Origin: Malacoraja senta
Taxonomy: Eukaryota
Length of the DNA: 47,244 nucleotides
Direction: 5' to 3'
Assembly: GCA_038087875.1 (NCBI GenBank)
Contig: JAXLNO010000689.1
Location: 62,001 to 109,244 of the forward strand
Every line of letters begins with the position of its first letter. Position 1 is the first letter of the stretch. The translations under genes were made by a program, and so were the position numbers. The notes below the pieces were generated by a model, which saw only the letters and a list, made by a program, of their open reading frames with translations, searched no databases and was not told the origin of the DNA. This document shows positions 46,515 through 47,244 of the stretch, piece after piece.

Positions 46515-47244
46515 GTGTGTCAATCCATCAGTATTACCTTGATGTTTGTCACTCAATCAGTACTATCCTGCAGTCTGCCACTCGTCAGCTCTATCCCCCA
46601 GGGCGTCAGCCCATCAGTACTATGCCCCAGTGGGTCACCACATCAGTCCTATCCCAAAGAATGTAACTCCATCAGTACTACCCCACAGTGTGTCGCTACA
46701 TCAGTACTACCCCACAGTGTACCTCTCCCTCAGTACCACGCCGAGGTTTGTCACACCATCAGTACTACCTCCACATTGTGCCACTCCATCAGTACATATC
46801 CAGTGTGTTACTCCATCGGTATTACCCAACAATATATTAGTACATCGGTACTACCCCAGATTATATCGCTACATCAGTAGTACCCACTGTGTATCACTCC
46901 ATCAGTACCACGCCGAGGTTGTCACTTCATCAGTACTACCCCACATTCTGCCGTTCCATCAGTACATCCCCAGTGTGTTACTCCATCAGTACTACCCCAC
47001 AATATATTAGTATATCAGCACTACTCCAGATTATGTCACTACATCAGTAGTACCCCACAGTGTGTCACTCCATCTCTACCATGGCGACATTTGTCACTCC
47101 ACCAGCGCGACCCTAAAGAGTGTCAATCCATTAGTGCTAACCTTACATTATTATTATTTCATTCAGTAGCAACTCCACAGCGTGACACTACATGATTACC
47201 ACCCCACAGTGTGTCACTCCATCAGTACTACCCCCACAGTGTGC
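46515..47244 (+). repeat. ~30-bp minisatellite array (runs off the right edge)
   Basis: Tandem cagtgtgtcactccatcagtactacccca-like units. Confidence 0.85.

Overview
Repeat-dense vertebrate genomic DNA, most likely from a cartilaginous fish (skate/ray-type CR1, tRNA-SINE and Penelope repeats; taxon inferred from repeat motifs only). The only intact host gene I can support is a two-exon rhodopsin-class 7TM receptor of the GPR139/GPR142-like type (exon 1 12184-12253, exon 2 18234-19108, 314 aa). About 12 kb upstream is a recent duplicate (from <1) with an intact exon 1 (220-289). Its junction at ~2093/2098 shows that ~6 kb including exon 2 was deleted, leaving an orphan first exon that could still splice in frame to the downstream exon 2. 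The rest is mobile DNA: a full-length Tc1/Passport-like transposon (6741-8341), a Penelope-like element with an inverted terminal repeat and minimal hammerhead motifs, a near-full CR1 LINE (21845-25872), a DIRS1-type tyrosine-recombinase retrotransposon with its ICR (25873-31476), a solo LTR with a 4-bp TSD (32685-33406), an internally deleted Gypsy element (36633-40017), a MITE, Rex1 and CR1 fragments, a GC-rich non-autonomous retroelement family with interchangeable LINE tails, minisatellites and a 1.8-kb polypyrimidine tract. All family names come from motif recognition, not database searches; TE fragment boundaries are approximate.
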